Shown piece after piece: positions 1-15,985 of a DNA stretch of 64,000 nt; the first letter of the stretch is position 1, and each line of letters opens with the position of its first letter. The stretch is from Eledone cirrhosa (lineage: Eukaryota). The translations under genes were made by a program, and so were the position numbers. A model generated the notes under the pieces. The model did not search any database, was not told the DNA's origin, and worked only from the letters and a program-made list of their open reading frames with translations. Location: positions 6,448,001 through 6,512,000 of the forward strand of contig OZ024750.1 of the NCBI GenBank assembly GCA_964016885.1. Direction: 5' to 3'.

Positions 1-393
1 ACTCAACTTTCTTTCCTGAATACTAAATTCTGAACCACATCCCCTAAAATAATCATTTGGCCGCCCTTCTCTTGGATCTTAACAAACATTATAAGTAAGC
101 CTGGCTTATTATATTAGGTTTGTCTTTCATGATCCCCACCAAACTACAAGGGCTGATTATAAAGCCGGTGCTTAACAGTGGATCTATAGCATTAACGGGG
201 CTATTCTATAAATACCTTCTTTGAGTAAAAGGTAACATTCCATTGCAGGTAACGTTCACAGAACATCTGTGATACGTAAAATTGTCTGACTAAATATAAA
301 CAAACACATGGGAGAAAGAATCAACTATGAACTTCTGACCCCCATGATTTGGCAGTATTAAACCTTTCTCATCCTATTCATTATGTATGGATA

Positions 394-754
394 GTGGATT
401 GTCCGTATCGCTTTTCAGCATAGTTACGTCCCTTTATGGTCTGAGTTCAAATCCCGCCGAGGTTAACTTTGCCTTTCGACCTTACGGGGTCGATAAAATA
501 AAGTACCAGTAATGCACTGAGATAATTGCAGGCCTTGTGCCAAAAGTAAAAACAATTATTTAGGGCGGTGGATTGGCAGTATCGGTAGAGGGCAGGACGT
601 CATGCTTTGACGCATAGAGTTACGGCCCTTTCCATTCTGAGTTCAAATCCGGCCGAAGTTAACTTTGTCTTTCATCCTTACGGGGTCGATAAAATAAAGT
701 ACCAGTAATGCACTGGGTAATTGCTGGCCTTGTGCCAAAAGTAGAAACAATTAT
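394..754 (+). mobile_element. SINE family A (tRNA-derived), two tandem copies (394-559, 563-754)
   Basis: A-box-like TGGCAGTATCGG, B box GAGTTCAAATCC, central GCCTTTCATCCTTACGGGGTCGATAAAATAAAGTACCAG (recalled as Meta/MESC-domain-like, unverified), tail GTAGAAACAATTAT. Confidence 0.9.
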
Positions 755-1130
755 GCATATCAGCATGGGAGTAATAATTCGTTAGGACCAGTTATAGTTA
801 ACTGAATCTACCGCAGCGTATTAATGACATTCATTTTATCGACCCTCGGAAGGATGAAAGTCAAAAATCTGCTCCGTGGAGGTTTGAAATTTTGGCGTAA
901 ACAGAGGTAACTAAATATCACAAGACGTTTAGTCCAACATCCAGTCCTTCAAACCATAACATGTTTAGGGTAAGCTTTGTTCTTTTTCTGTTTTTTTCCT
1001 TCTATAAATATCGCTGCCACGTATCACTTCCAAGCAACACATAAGATAAGTCGGCCCTATCAGAACTTAATTCAAAACACGAAGTCCCTCAGGCTCGTAA
1101 GCTACCCCTCACATCTCTTTTCGCTCCGCC

Positions 1131-1193
1131 AGTGTATGTACGTGTGTACGTGTGTGTGTGTGTGTGTGCCCCTCACATCTCTTTTCGCGCCGC

Positions 1194-1233
<40 letters not shown>

Positions 1234-2240
1234 GTGGGATCGTATGTATGTATGGATGACTATGTGAGATAGATGTATGGACATTTGTGAGAAAGAGGCC
1301 TTTATTTGCTTTTCTTTAAATTTTTCGTTTAGCTTTTGTGTCCGACTTTCCTCTCTCCCTTCCTTCGACCGCGGGTTTCCTTCCCTTCCTCCTCCCGCTG
1401 TTTACCTCTCTCCCTCTCTCTCTATTTTTCTCCCGCACCTTCTCCTCTCCTTCTTTCTCTCTCTATTTTTCTCCCGCACCCTCTCCTCTCCTTTCTCTCT
1501 CTATTTTCTCCCTCCCCCTTCCCTTCTCTCTGTCTCTCTCTTTTTCTCCCCCACCCTTTCCTCTCCTTCCCTTTCTATCTCTTTCTCCCCCCACCTTTTC
1601 CTCTTTCTCTCCCTCACCCTTTTCCCCTCTCTCTATCTCCCCCTTTCCCCCCTCTCTCTATCTCTCTCTCCCCCTCTCCCAATAATCTTAATTCTTATAT
1701 TAATATATTATTCCGTCTCTTATATTTTATTATTCTTCACTAGAAGAAAGTCGTTTTTCCTAATTAAACAACCACATCAAATATTTTCCTTCGCTTCTTA
1801 TTCTTTTAATTATCTCCACCTCCTTCCCTTATCTCCACCTCCTCCTATTTATCTTCACCCAACTCCCTCCATTTTTTACTTTTGGTCTTCCGTTTATTTC
1901 TTCACTTTCATCTTTATCTTTCTCGCCTTTCTTTCTTCACACCTCCCCCTCCTCCACTTTTCCCCCCTCGTCGTCGACGTCCTTCTCCTTTCTTATCGTC
2001 TTTCTCCTCCTCGTCCTTTCTACTCGTCCTTCTCCTTTCTTCTCGTCTTTATCCTCTTACTTTTGCTCATCCTTCTGTCATCTATTCTTTCCTTCTTTCC
2101 TTCTTCTCTTCACTTAACCTATTTCTTCCAATCTCTTTCATTTGTTTTTTTTTTATTCTATTTCTTAACCCCCCCCCCCCCGACTCATTCCCTCCAAAAA
2201 TTCACACCCCTTCTGTCTTTCTCATCACTTCTAACTAATA
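1131..2240. repeat. (TG)n followed by long polypyrimidine low-complexity tract
   Basis: Direct inspection; includes a ~64-bp tandem duplication at 1105-1200. Confidence 0.9.
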
Positions 2241-2289
2241 TCCCTGAAATATTTCTCTTTGTTTGTTGTTTATCCGAGGTCAATGTTGT

Positions 2290-2708
2290 ACCAGCACAGT
2301 CCCTCCATCAACAGTCTACCAGCGCTGTCCCCCCAGCACCCGTCTGCCAGCGCTGTCCCCCCAGCACCCGTCTACCAGCGCTGTCCCCCCAGCACCCGTC
2401 TACCAGCGCTGTCCCCCCAGCACCCGTCTACCAGCACTGTCCCTCCATCAACCGTCTACCAGCGCTGTCCCCCCAGCAACCGTCTGCCAGCGCTGTCCCC
2501 CCAGCACCCGTCTGCCAGCGCTGTCCCCCCAGCACCCGTCTACCAGCGCTGTCCCCCCAGCAACCGTCTACCAGCGCTGTCCCCCCAGCACCCGTCTACC
2601 AGCACTGTCCCTCCATCAACCGTCTGCCAGCGCTGTCCCCCCAGCACCCGTCTACCAGCGCTGTCCCCCCAGCAACCGTCTACCAGCGCTGTCCCCCCAG
2701 CACCCGTC
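2290..2708. repeat. GC-rich minisatellite, 28-bp unit x ~15
   Basis: CCCGTCTACCAGCGCTGTCCCCCCAGCA; the same peptide appears in all three frames. Confidence 0.95.
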
Positions 2709-2842
2709 ACCCACTAAAGACTAACCTTACATATAACAATACAGAAAAAAAAAAGAATTTAAAAAAACAACAACACGTTTGGATGTTGTATACATAAGCA
2801 CGCCCTCACATACAACCACACATACATATTCACGCAGACGCC

Positions 2843-5015
<2,173 letters not shown>

Positions 5016-5072
5016 ATTAAGGCTGAGAGCAGCGATTCTTTGTTTAAACTTTGATCTGGTCTTATAATATAT

Positions 5073-5395
5073 ATATTAATTCAAAATATTAACAAAATAG
5101 ATATTCTTGTGATTAACTATATTTTATACTACCATGACTGAATCTTAACCATCTACTATGTCAGGGTATGTCATGCATCATCTTATTTTATCTGATGAGG
5201 ACGTACTGTTGAAGTTAACTCAGTACCTCTGAAATATGTATAATAAAATATACTTGATCACAAGAATATCTATTTTGTTAATATTTTGAATTAATATTAA
5301 TAACTCCGGAAAGTCATTGCTGTTGAGTGCTTCCAATCTATTGTAAAACTCATTCTTTGATTTATTCATTGAACCTTGTTTAACCTTTAAATATG
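5073..5395 (+). mobile_element. Fold-back hammerhead element family 1 (Penelope-like pLTR fragment)
   Basis: 55-bp inverted repeat 5073-5127/5243-5297 (2 mismatches) around the hammerhead, a ~97-bp one-sided tail, and (TA)n on both flanks. Confidence 0.65.
5184..5250 (+). ncRNA. Type I (minimal, Penelope-type) hammerhead ribozyme
   Basis: Stem I TATTTTAT(5184-91)/ATAAAATA(5243-50); core CTGATGA 5192-98; stem II GGA(C)GTACTG/CAGTAC(C)TCT; GAAA 5231-34; near-palindromic stem III ATATGTAT; cleavage triplet AUA, predicted cut after 5242. Confidence 0.8.
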
Positions 5396-6019
<624 letters not shown>

Positions 6020-6602
6020 CACGTGTGTGTATGGAGTACAATAGGTATTGCCTTCAAGAAATATCAGTACTATGTAAAATTGTCTGGTAAATTCCATTTA
6101 TATAGATTTAGACTTGACAATACCTAGGAACCAACTTTTACCCGAAATATTGTGTGTGTGGCAGGTTAGGGGCAAACGAAGACCTCAAGTACCTACATTG
6201 TTTAAATAGTTTCTACAAGATGCAAAAATATCTTTGTCAGTATTTTTCTCGGCTGTTTTTTTATTTTTATTTAATTACACGACAGTCGCCATTGTTATTT
6301 GTCTATTAATAAACATTGATAACCGTCCGTATGAAATCAATATTATCTCTATGTATATATTATCAAATAACAAAACACAACCACAATACAACATTTGTAG
6401 TTTAACTTGTATAAAAGTAGTCAGAATAATACAAACCAAGAACTATCTAAATGCTATAACTATATGAGTTGTTGTTGTTGTTGTTGTTGATGATGTCATA
6501 GTTTAGCCTCATGTCAGCCGAATTGAACAGAGTTTTGATCAGTCATTTTAGATATTAATATATCGTCTTTTCAGAGCCGTTTAAGATTATTTTATCAAAC
6601 GG

Positions 6603-6728
6603 TTAAACCCTGCGATAGACTGGCGTCCTGTCCAGGGGTGGAGTCTTGTAGTCTCAGTCGCTTCACGCCACGAAACCGGGATAAACACTGGCCTGGCGAG
6701 TCTGCTGGCTTGAGACACACTTTAAACT
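6603..6728 (+). mobile_element. Probable SINE 3' fragment
   Basis: CCCTGCGATAGACTGGCGTCCTGTCCAGGG..GTCGCTTCA..GAAACCGGGATAA resembles bodies of V/CORE-type invertebrate SINEs (from memory); single copy here. Confidence 0.5.
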
Positions 6729-8192
6729 AGAGATCGATATCTATCGATAAGGACTCGCTCTTCTTTTTTGTTGCGATTATTGAAATATTCTTCTTGTGAC
6801 GCTAAACTCCGCCAGATGCAGACTTCGCATCAACATGAGATATTTTTCTCCACAAAGTTCGAAACATCATACGGACTAAAATGGAAGCTATTCTGCAGCG
6901 TCATTCAACTTGCTAGAAACTGAAGCACGAGACCCCTAAAAAATCGGCGTGTGTAAGTGTAGATATGCAGTTAATGTGAAATGATCACAGCTAGTATGCC
7001 TTTAATGGTTGGTCTTTTCACTTACAGCCAGCCAGGGGCTCATTTAACATCAATATATGAGAATTATTAAAAAGGTACTCGTAGATCTCGAGTGACAAAT
7101 GCTCTCAAGTGAAATTGAAGTGTATTGATTCTGCACTATAACATTCGGTAATAAATTCATAATGTAAATAATGATTTTATAATGTTTAAAATGCTGGAGT
7201 CCCTTGTAACTTGAAGAAGCAATTCAGAAAGATATCGACAAAGATATATATTTTTTAATCTTATAAAAACTATTCAAATTTTCAGGTACACGAGTTTATC
7301 CTGTTTTATGTATTTTTTACCTTCTTTAAACTCGACAAAGTGACATTTAGATATAATGATTTACAACATTAGCTAAACACCACAAATTTCAGAGGAAGGG
7401 AATAGTTGATTCTATCGACCTCAATACTTGACTGGTACTTATTATATCGACCTTCTAAAGGATGAAAGGAAAAGTTAGCCCTGGGCTATAGATGAGAAAG
7501 GTTCAAGTAGATTTCTATCTTATTTTATTTATTTTATTTTTTGGCTTCCCTTATACTCAACTGACATTTAAAGATAATAACAATAACAACAACAGCGACA
7601 TGAACAACTATTACAACAATAACAACACTAAGTGGATATTTATTCAGGGCCAGTTTGCACTTCCTTCACCCCTTTTTACAAATATGTCCTTCCTTGTTTA
7701 CATCCATCTAACTTCTTCATGAAGTTTACTTCTTTAACATGTTCTTACTTCGTTTCTTTAATAGCCTCTTCCTTCCTTATCACCCACCCTCACTCATCCA
7801 CCTACACTCCACCGCTCACTCACTCACCCACCCACTCACTCACTCACCCACCCACTCACTCACTCACGTTTTCTTCCCTCCTCCCTATCATCTCCATCCT
7901 CAAGCTTTTTTCATCTTATAATTTCTCTCTCACCCGGAAAAAAAGGTAGACCGACCCCGTTGTACGCACCTGCTTCAACGTACATATATATACACATGTG
8001 TCTATACGACATAAATGTATATACACATGTGTCTATACGTACATAAATATATATACGCATGTGTCTATATGTACATAAATATATATACGCATGTGTCTAT
8101 ACGCATCAACATGCGCACATCTTTCTCTCTATCCTTCCCCGACTTCTTTATGAGTACGTACACACACACACACTCTCACACACACACACACT

Positions 8193-8332
<140 letters not shown>

Positions 8333-8659
8333 AAACATACCAACGTCCATACGTGTATATATGCATGCTAACTTCTATATCCATGCCTGTAATATACACA
8401 AACATATATTCACGTAAACCTATCAATGTACATGCATGCACGCTCACACACACACACACAGATAGACACAGACACACACACACAGAGAGACACACACAGA
8501 CAGAGAGAGAAAGACACACAGAGACACAGACATACACACACACACACACGCCCAGACGTGAGTTGGTACTGATTCCACTGATAGGGAGTTACGCACCAGA
8601 TGTTGTTATATCATAGTGATATCCACAATTACCGTTTTCCTATTCCATGAGTAAACGTG

Positions 8660-8713
<54 letters not shown>

Positions 8714-9068
8714 GCGCATGAGGGAATGTCCAAAGACTGTCAGTATTTTGGTGGCTGGCCGTTCCATGCAATTACTTAACCATTTTCTTTTTTGTCTTAG
8801 ATATTTCCTCATTCCTGATAAAGTTCTGAATTTATTTTCTGAATTAAAATTCTCATAATATAACAATGGAAGGGGCTGATTGTTAGATCGGACCAAGGAA
8901 ACAATGTTTCCACAGGTTTTTTTTATATTGTTGATACTACCTGCCAACCACAACTCCAGGCAGAAGGAGCAACATGAAATAAAACCCTCAACCTTATAAC
9001 CATGAGTAAAAGCACCCTAATTATTAGGTCACGCTTGCACCTTATATATTCTCATAATATGTATGGAT

Positions 9069-9577
9069 CGGTGGATTGGCAGTCTCGGTAGAGGGTCGGA
9101 CGCCATGCTTTCCAGCATAGTTACGGCCCTTGCATTCTGAGTTCAAATCCCGCCGAGGTTAAATTTGCCTTTCATCCTTACGGGGTCGATAAAATAAAGT
9201 ACCAGTAACGTACTGGGATAATTGCTGGCCTTGTGCCAAAAGTAGAAACAATTATTTATACTTTTTAGGACGGTGGATTGGCAGTATCGGTAGAGTCGAA
9301 CGCCATGCTTTGCAGCATAGAGTTACGGTCCTTTACGTTTTGAATTCAAATCCCGCCGAGGTTAACTTTGCCTTTCATCCTTACGGAGTTGATAAAAAAA
9401 GCACCAGTAATGCACTGGGGTCAATTTAATCGACTTTCCCCTCCCCCCCTCCAAAAGAAAATTACCTGCCTTCTGCCTAAATCGAAATAAAGTACCAGTA
9501 ATGCAATGAGGTCAATTTAATCGACTTTCCCCTCCCCCCAAAATGATTGGCCTTCTGCCTAAATCAGAAACCGTTAT
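9069..9577 (+). mobile_element. SINE family A, two tandem copies; second has a duplicated 3' part
   Basis: Same consensus; copies 9069-9255 and 9268-9577. Confidence 0.9.
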
Positions 9578-10514
9578 TTGTACACGTCGAAATAATTTGT
9601 TAATTATGACAGTTTAAAGGATATTTCGATCATCACATCTGGTGAAATAGCGAAAGCCCATTTTCCAGTTTAACTCCTCTTTCACACTAATTATTATCAG
9701 CTGAAGTAATTAATGCCGAGGTTAAACGCTAATGGTGTTCATGTGTACAGAATACTGCATAGCCTCTGCTTTCTTGTGTGTGTGATGAGATAATACATGT
9801 TTCATTCGCTACTTTGCTTGAATGTGGATGACAACGGAAACAGCCGTGAGCAATCTAGTGTTTGAATGTGATAATGAAAACAAACATTGATTTACAGTTT
9901 ATGAAGGAAAAAATCTTTTGTAACGGCCGTCATTTCAAACCAAAATTTCCGCTTTAGAATACGATAGATGAAATAAAGAGAGAGGGATCAGTGAGAAAGA
10001 GAAGGGGTGAGAGAGAGGAAGAGAGAAAAGGGGTGCTTGAGAGGAAGAGAAAGAAGGAGGACTAACGTCTACATCTTATTACCTCCTCGGTACTCGCTTC
10101 TGTCGTTTTATACACATTATTATATCTGCTCAGCTGTTTCAGTGTTCTGACCAAATTTCTGTTATGAATCAACATTGCCTTGTATCGGTTTGTAATCGAT
10201 ATAAAATAGATACTATTGATACAGGTATTTAATGTATTTGATGATGATGAAAAAGTGACCTTCTGAATAGTTTGGGGGTTCTAAATCATTAGACAAGGAT
10301 GGGGTGAGTGGACTTTACACATACTAGCACTTATTTTATCTACACCCCAGATGAATCTAAAATGTGGCCCCACCTTCAGAATTTGAACTCGGAAATGAAA
10401 GGACTGAAGCCAACATTTTTAATTCATTTAATTATGAGATTTTCTATCTTGACCATTCCCAGTAATCAGAAGAAGGAAGGTAGGCGAAAAAGCCAAATAT
10501 CCATGAGCTTGGCT

Positions 10515-10740
10515 GGTCATAGTTGGGAATCCAAACACTCCTTCCAGTAGGTCCTGTCAGAGCAATCATCCGTAACTGATCCGGCTGGATCTCCGAGCGA
10601 TACCAGCCAAACTCATGGATGTTATCCAACCATTTTGCTCGGATTTTAGACCTAGGTCTCCTGTCGGTTGGTTTTGCCCGTAAAAACCTGTCCAGTGATT
10701 CTTTCCTGAGACATTCTAACCACATGTCCATAGTATCGGA
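10515..10740 (-). mobile_element. 3' fragment of RTE-clade LINE (Expander-like)
   Basis: Frameshift-corrected RYYGHVVRMSQERITGQV/LRAKPTDRRPRSKIRAKWLDNI..W..IQPDQL../DRTYWK matches the RTE post-RT motif LRWxGHVxRM..GxRxRGRPxxxWxD. Confidence 0.75.
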
Positions 10741-10754
10741 TGTGGTTGCGGTGC

Positions 10755-10915
10755 TAGTCGATTAAATCGATCACAGTACTTAACTGGTACATTAATTTAT
10801 CGATTGCGATAGGATGAAAAACAAAATTTACCTTGGTGAGATTTGAACTCAGAACGCAAGAAGCCGGAACTAATATAACAAGACATGTTCCAACGATTGT
10901 ACCAACCCGCCACCC
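10755..10915 (-). mobile_element. SINE family A, old diverged copy
   Basis: Reverse-complement B box GATTTGAACTC and degenerate central domain. Similar old minus-strand relics at ~810-905, ~7390-7490 and ~35520-35700. Confidence 0.65.
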
Positions 10916-11342
10916 TTTCCATCAACATGGTGGTTTCTAATGTTAGAAATCAATTCGAAAAACTAACATGCAGATATATATTATATGTAAACAAAACAAA
11001 AAAAAAGGGACTGTGGCAATAAAAAGAGTACTTTCTGAATTAAAAGAAAGCCGTGTTTTTCACCGTTTTTCAGGCCTTGTATTTCTAGCCTCGACATTAT
11101 TTTATTGTGTTCCCTGGCCTTGATTTTTATTAACCTTTCCCCCCTTTACAGCCTTCCGCTAATATAATCTGAATTCTGTTTGCCATGTTTCTCCTCGGTC
11201 TGACAAGATCGAAACTTTGTCCTTCCGCATCTAACAATCTTTACTACACGGCAGTTTTTACTACCCGGATTAACTCATCTTCTTTCTCTTTCTCTCTGTT
11301 TGCGAAGTGTGTGTGTGTGTATGTATGAGAGTATATGTGTGG

Positions 11343-11380
<38 letters not shown>

Positions 11381-11541
11381 ATATGTATGTGTGTGTAAAC
11401 ATGTCTGTACACAATTTTATTATTTTACTTTTAAATCTCAACTCGTTGCCTTGGCCAGTCTTTCTACATCTCTCGTATGTTTGTGTTTTGATTGCCCGTC
11501 TCTTTTATCAACCATCTCTCTCACTTTATACATACATACAT

Positions 11542-11615
<74 letters not shown>

Positions 11616-12377
11616 GCACACACACACTATTTTCAGATCGTGCTTACTATCATCAGTTTCCTCTCACTCTCTCGGTGTTTATGTTTAACCCCCTCTCTCT
11701 CTCTCTCTCTCTGTTATTCCTTTATTACTCTACAAGATTTTATTTTTATTATTTTTATTATTTTCTCACTACTACACACTTTCACCCTTCGCAACCTTCC
11801 CACAACTCCCACCCTATCTTTCCGCCCTTTATCCCCCTCAGAGATCTTTATGGCCAAAAGGAATACATAGTAATTAGTTTGCGCAGACTGTAATTAGAGG
11901 AGTGAGGAAAAAATAATAAAATATTTAGAATAGTCGAGCCCTAAGCTGACATATAATGACAAATATGTCAGACTTGGCCATGTTAGAGCCGCGAATGTTT
12001 TATCCCATTTTTATTGTTGCTTTCTTTTATAGTTTACTCCTTGCCTCACCCTTTCGATATCTGTTTATCTGTCTGTCTATCTATCTATCCATCTACATTT
12101 CTTATTTCTTTGTCTTTCTATCTGATGCTGTTCTATGACTTATGTTTGTGAATGTGATTTTTTTTTCTATATTCTTTTAACACTTCCCTGTTTCACAGAC
12201 ACCGTCTCTACATTTGTGTGTGTGTGTGTATATATATGTCTGCGTGTGTGTATATATGTGTGTGTCTGTGTGTAATTATGAATGGCTCTATGTATATAAT
12301 ATTCCGTTTTGGGATGTGTGCTTTACTTCGTTTCTTCTATCAGTATATATATATATATGTCCATGTGTGTGTATATA

Positions 12378-12428
<51 letters not shown>

Positions 12429-13569
12429 GTACCTCTTTAAATGTGTGTGTGTTTCGCACTAAACGTTAATTTATATCTAAGCATATATATATATATATAT
12501 GCGTGTGTCTGTGTGTGTATGTATATATATGTGTGTGTATATATATCTGTGTGTCTGTGTATATATATATATGTGTGTATATATATCTGTGTGTGTATAT
12601 ATGTGTGTGTGTGTTATATTTGTGTATTTGTATTATTATTTTCTATTTTATTTTCTCGTTGTTTACAACGCTCCACTTTGAAATTTGTGAGCTTCAACAA
12701 GCTTTATGGTGTCTTAAGTGAGATGAGACAACTGGGAAATTCTTATTCCCAACGATGGCATTAGAAGTGAGGGAAAAGGCGGCATATTATGTTTGATTTC
12801 GAGAAATAAGGACAGTAATTAATTGAAAAATATCCCATGTTTGTCACTTAATTAGATGCCTAGTCATCGAAAGACATCTTCTTAACGAAGTGATGATTCT
12901 CTTGAGATAGGTTTCCATCTAGAAAGGTCTACCGCCTTAATAAAGTTATCATTAGATTGTCAACCACGCTGGAAGTGAAAAAGAATCCAACTTATAAACG
13001 TTTGCCAAATGGTTTGATAAACTAACTTATTAAAACAACTCGTCGCTTTGATAATGTTTCACAAAATATGAGAAACAATTTATAAAAACACAACAAAGTT
13101 TAGCGATCTAAGAAATCAAACATCTAAGACATTTATCATTGGGTTTTGTATTCCATCTAAAAATGTAATTTTTCTCTGAACAACATGAACAGCATATTTG
13201 ATTCGTGATCATGTTCGAAAATATGTCTTAGCTATGTTTCTTCGCAGGTTTTACTACAGTCTACTAAAGTGGTAATGTTCCTTTCTTAGAATGGTATGCT
13301 TCATAAAAGATAACTCACATTTGTTGTTTCGCTTACATTTTCTCTCTATCTTTCTTTAGATTGGTAAGCTTCTTAGAATATCTATCAATTTAACTATGTT
13401 TCATATTATATTGCCAGACATTTTAGAAATTCAGATGAATATTTTATAGTACAACGTATAGCTAACATTCACTTAACAAAACTATACACAAAATATGAAT
13501 ACACTCGCCTCCATTTAAAGACAAATACATATATATACACAAAGATACATATATACGTGATGTATGTGT

Positions 13570-13641
<72 letters not shown>

Positions 13642-13697
13642 TTATATATATTTATATATATATATATATTTTATATATATATTTATATATTGTTGTT

Positions 13698-13806
13698 AGG
13701 GGTGTCAGGGTGGATTGGCAGAATCGGTAAAGGGTCGGACGCCAACCTTTGATGCATAGAGATACGGTCCTTGCCATTCTGAGTTCAAATCCCGCCGAGG
13801 TTAACT
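13698..13806 (+). mobile_element. SINE family A, 3'-truncated
   Basis: Head through GAGGTTAACT; shares diagnostic variants and 5' flank with the 15574 copy. Confidence 0.85.
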
Positions 13807-14133
13807 CTTCTCTCTCTTCTCTCCTATCCCACTCTTCTCTCTCTCTCTATATATATATGCACACACTCACACACACAAATACACACTTCTATTTCTTTAT
13901 AAAAGTATACATACGTATCTGTTTTGCTAAGTGCTAACATATATAGACATGACCTTTTTATATCAATGAATATCTGTAGCATTACAGGTTCCTGCATGCG
14001 TGAAAGTCTGCGAATGGACCACTCGTAATTATTTCCTCACACGCCATTTAATCGCTTTATTGGGAGCTGTGAAATAATACTGTGAATCATTTTTGGTATT
14101 TCGTTTTAACATATATATATATATATATATATA

Positions 14134-14222
14134 TAGGGTGTGTGTCCCCTCCCCCCAAAAATGTATATGTATACAGACTTCACTAGCATTCTAATGAATG
14201 TGTATACGTTGTTTTGGGACAC

Positions 14223-14272
<50 letters not shown>

Positions 14273-14360
14273 GTGTGTCCCCCTCCCCCCAAAAATGTAT
14301 ATGTATACAGACTTCACCAGCATTCTAATGAATGTGTATACGTTGTTTTGGGACACTATG
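14134..14360. mobile_element. Two tandem ~93-bp Tc1/mariner-like MITEs separated by (TA)n
   Basis: Ends TAGGGTG..TGTCCC..CCAAAA and TTTTGGGACACTCTG-TA; copies 14134-14226 and 14267-14360 are near-identical. Confidence 0.65.
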
Positions 14361-14368
14361 TATGTATG

Positions 14369-14413
<45 letters not shown>

Positions 14414-14416
<3 letters not shown>

Positions 14417-14525
14417 AAAAATTATGTCCCCGACGGCAGAGCTCAAGCCGTTTCTACGGCTATTTCAGTCTAGAAATAGCCGTCGAAACGGCTTGAGCTC
14501 TGTCGTCGGGGTCATACTTTTTCCT
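14414..14525. mobile_element. Fold-back element family 4, tailless palindromic copy
   Basis: Near-perfect ~112-bp palindrome AGGAAAAA..TTTTTCCT; contains GAAACGGC-ttgagctct-GTCGT-C-GGGGTC; near-identical to 52071-52180. Confidence 0.65.
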
Positions 14526-14775
14526 ATATGAGAGAGAGAGAGATTTGTGTGTATTCGTGTGTATATATATATATTTGTATTCGTATATATACATATATAT
14601 AAAGGCACGTATGTATGTATATATATTCGTATATTTATATATATATATATATAAATGCACGTATGTATGTATATATATTCGTATATTTATATATATATAT
14701 ATATAAATGCACGTATGTATATATATATTTGTATTCACATACATATATATAAATGCATGTATTTATGTATGTATG

Positions 14776-14815
<40 letters not shown>

Positions 14816-14832
14816 GCAAGTGTGTGTGTATA

Positions 14833-14891
<59 letters not shown>

Positions 14892-15225
14892 GCGTACGTG
14901 TGTTCAATCGTATATGAGGGATACAGGTGGTGGTGGTGGTGTTTTGGACAGCAATGAAAAGAGCGATTTGTAGCGTCTCGGCTGAAGGAAATCTTCTTAA
15001 GAGGAAACCTTACCAACTGGCCTTCATGAAGTGTTGTATACTATTTCTCATAGTGTCATCAATTTTGATTGGATTCAACCCCCACCCCTCTTCCTCTCCT
15101 ATAGCAACTTCCGCTCAGATGATCTTTAACTCCTGAGAAGGTAACATCAAAAGATCTTGACCTTGTCCATTAAACTGTATCCTCACATATGCACACATAC
15201 ATAGATACACACAAACACACACACT

Positions 15226-15279
<54 letters not shown>

Positions 15280-15573
15280 GACACAAACGCACATATATAT
15301 ATACATATATATATACATACACAGACAAACGCACATATATATATACACACACACACACATATATATACATACATACATATATACACACACACACACAGAT
15401 ACATTTTTATTTCCTTTATTTCTAAGATGGTTGTTTTGCCCTTCAAGAAAACCATTTCATGTCATTACTTGAAGCGATAAAGTTAATTTGTTTTCGTTTG
15501 TTAAACTTTTTTTTTTTTTATAGAACGTGAGAAAAAAACAATAATATCCTGGAAATGTTTCATTATTGTTGTT

Positions 15574-15985
15574 AGGGGTGGTCAGGGTGGATTGGCAGAA
15601 GCGGTAAAGGGTCGGACGCCAACCTTTGATGCATAGAGATACGGCCCTTACCATTCTGAGTTCAAATCCCGCCGAGGTTAACTTTGCCTTTCATCCTTAG
15701 GGGGTCGATAAAATAAAGTACCAGTAATACAGTGGGATAATTGCTAGCCTTGTGCCCCAAATAGAAACAATTATTGTTATTAGGGCTGGTCAGGGACTGG
15801 CAGAGTCGTTAGAACGTCAGACAACATGCTTTGCATTCTGAGTTCAAATTCCGCTGACGTTAGTTTTGCCTTTCAGTCTTACGTGGGGCGATAAAATAAA
15901 GTACCAATCACCCATTGGGGTCGTTTTAATCGATTTTCCCCACCCCAAAACTACTGGCCTTGTGCCTAAATCAGAAGGAGTTATT
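15574..15985 (+). mobile_element. SINE family A, two tandem copies
   Basis: 15574-15775 and 15782-15985. Confidence 0.9.

Noticed and set aside
563-660. tRNA genes at A/B box motifs
   Set aside because: The heads run into SINE bodies and do not form complete cloverleafs.
1277-2797. 506-aa ORF with Pro/Ser-rich repeats
   Set aside because: Polypyrimidine tract plus a 28-bp minisatellite; the same peptide in all frames shows it is a repeat artefact.
7270-7295. Second AG|GT site (TTTTCAG|GTACAC)
   Set aside because: Weak regenerated donor and interrupted pyrimidine tract.
11195-11230. CTGACAA-GATC-GAAACTTTGTC motif
   Set aside because: Core mismatch and no stem I pairing.
14912-15190. Possible mariner MITE with GAGG(G)ATACAG ends
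   Set aside because: The inverted match is only ~10 bp and imperfect; single copy.
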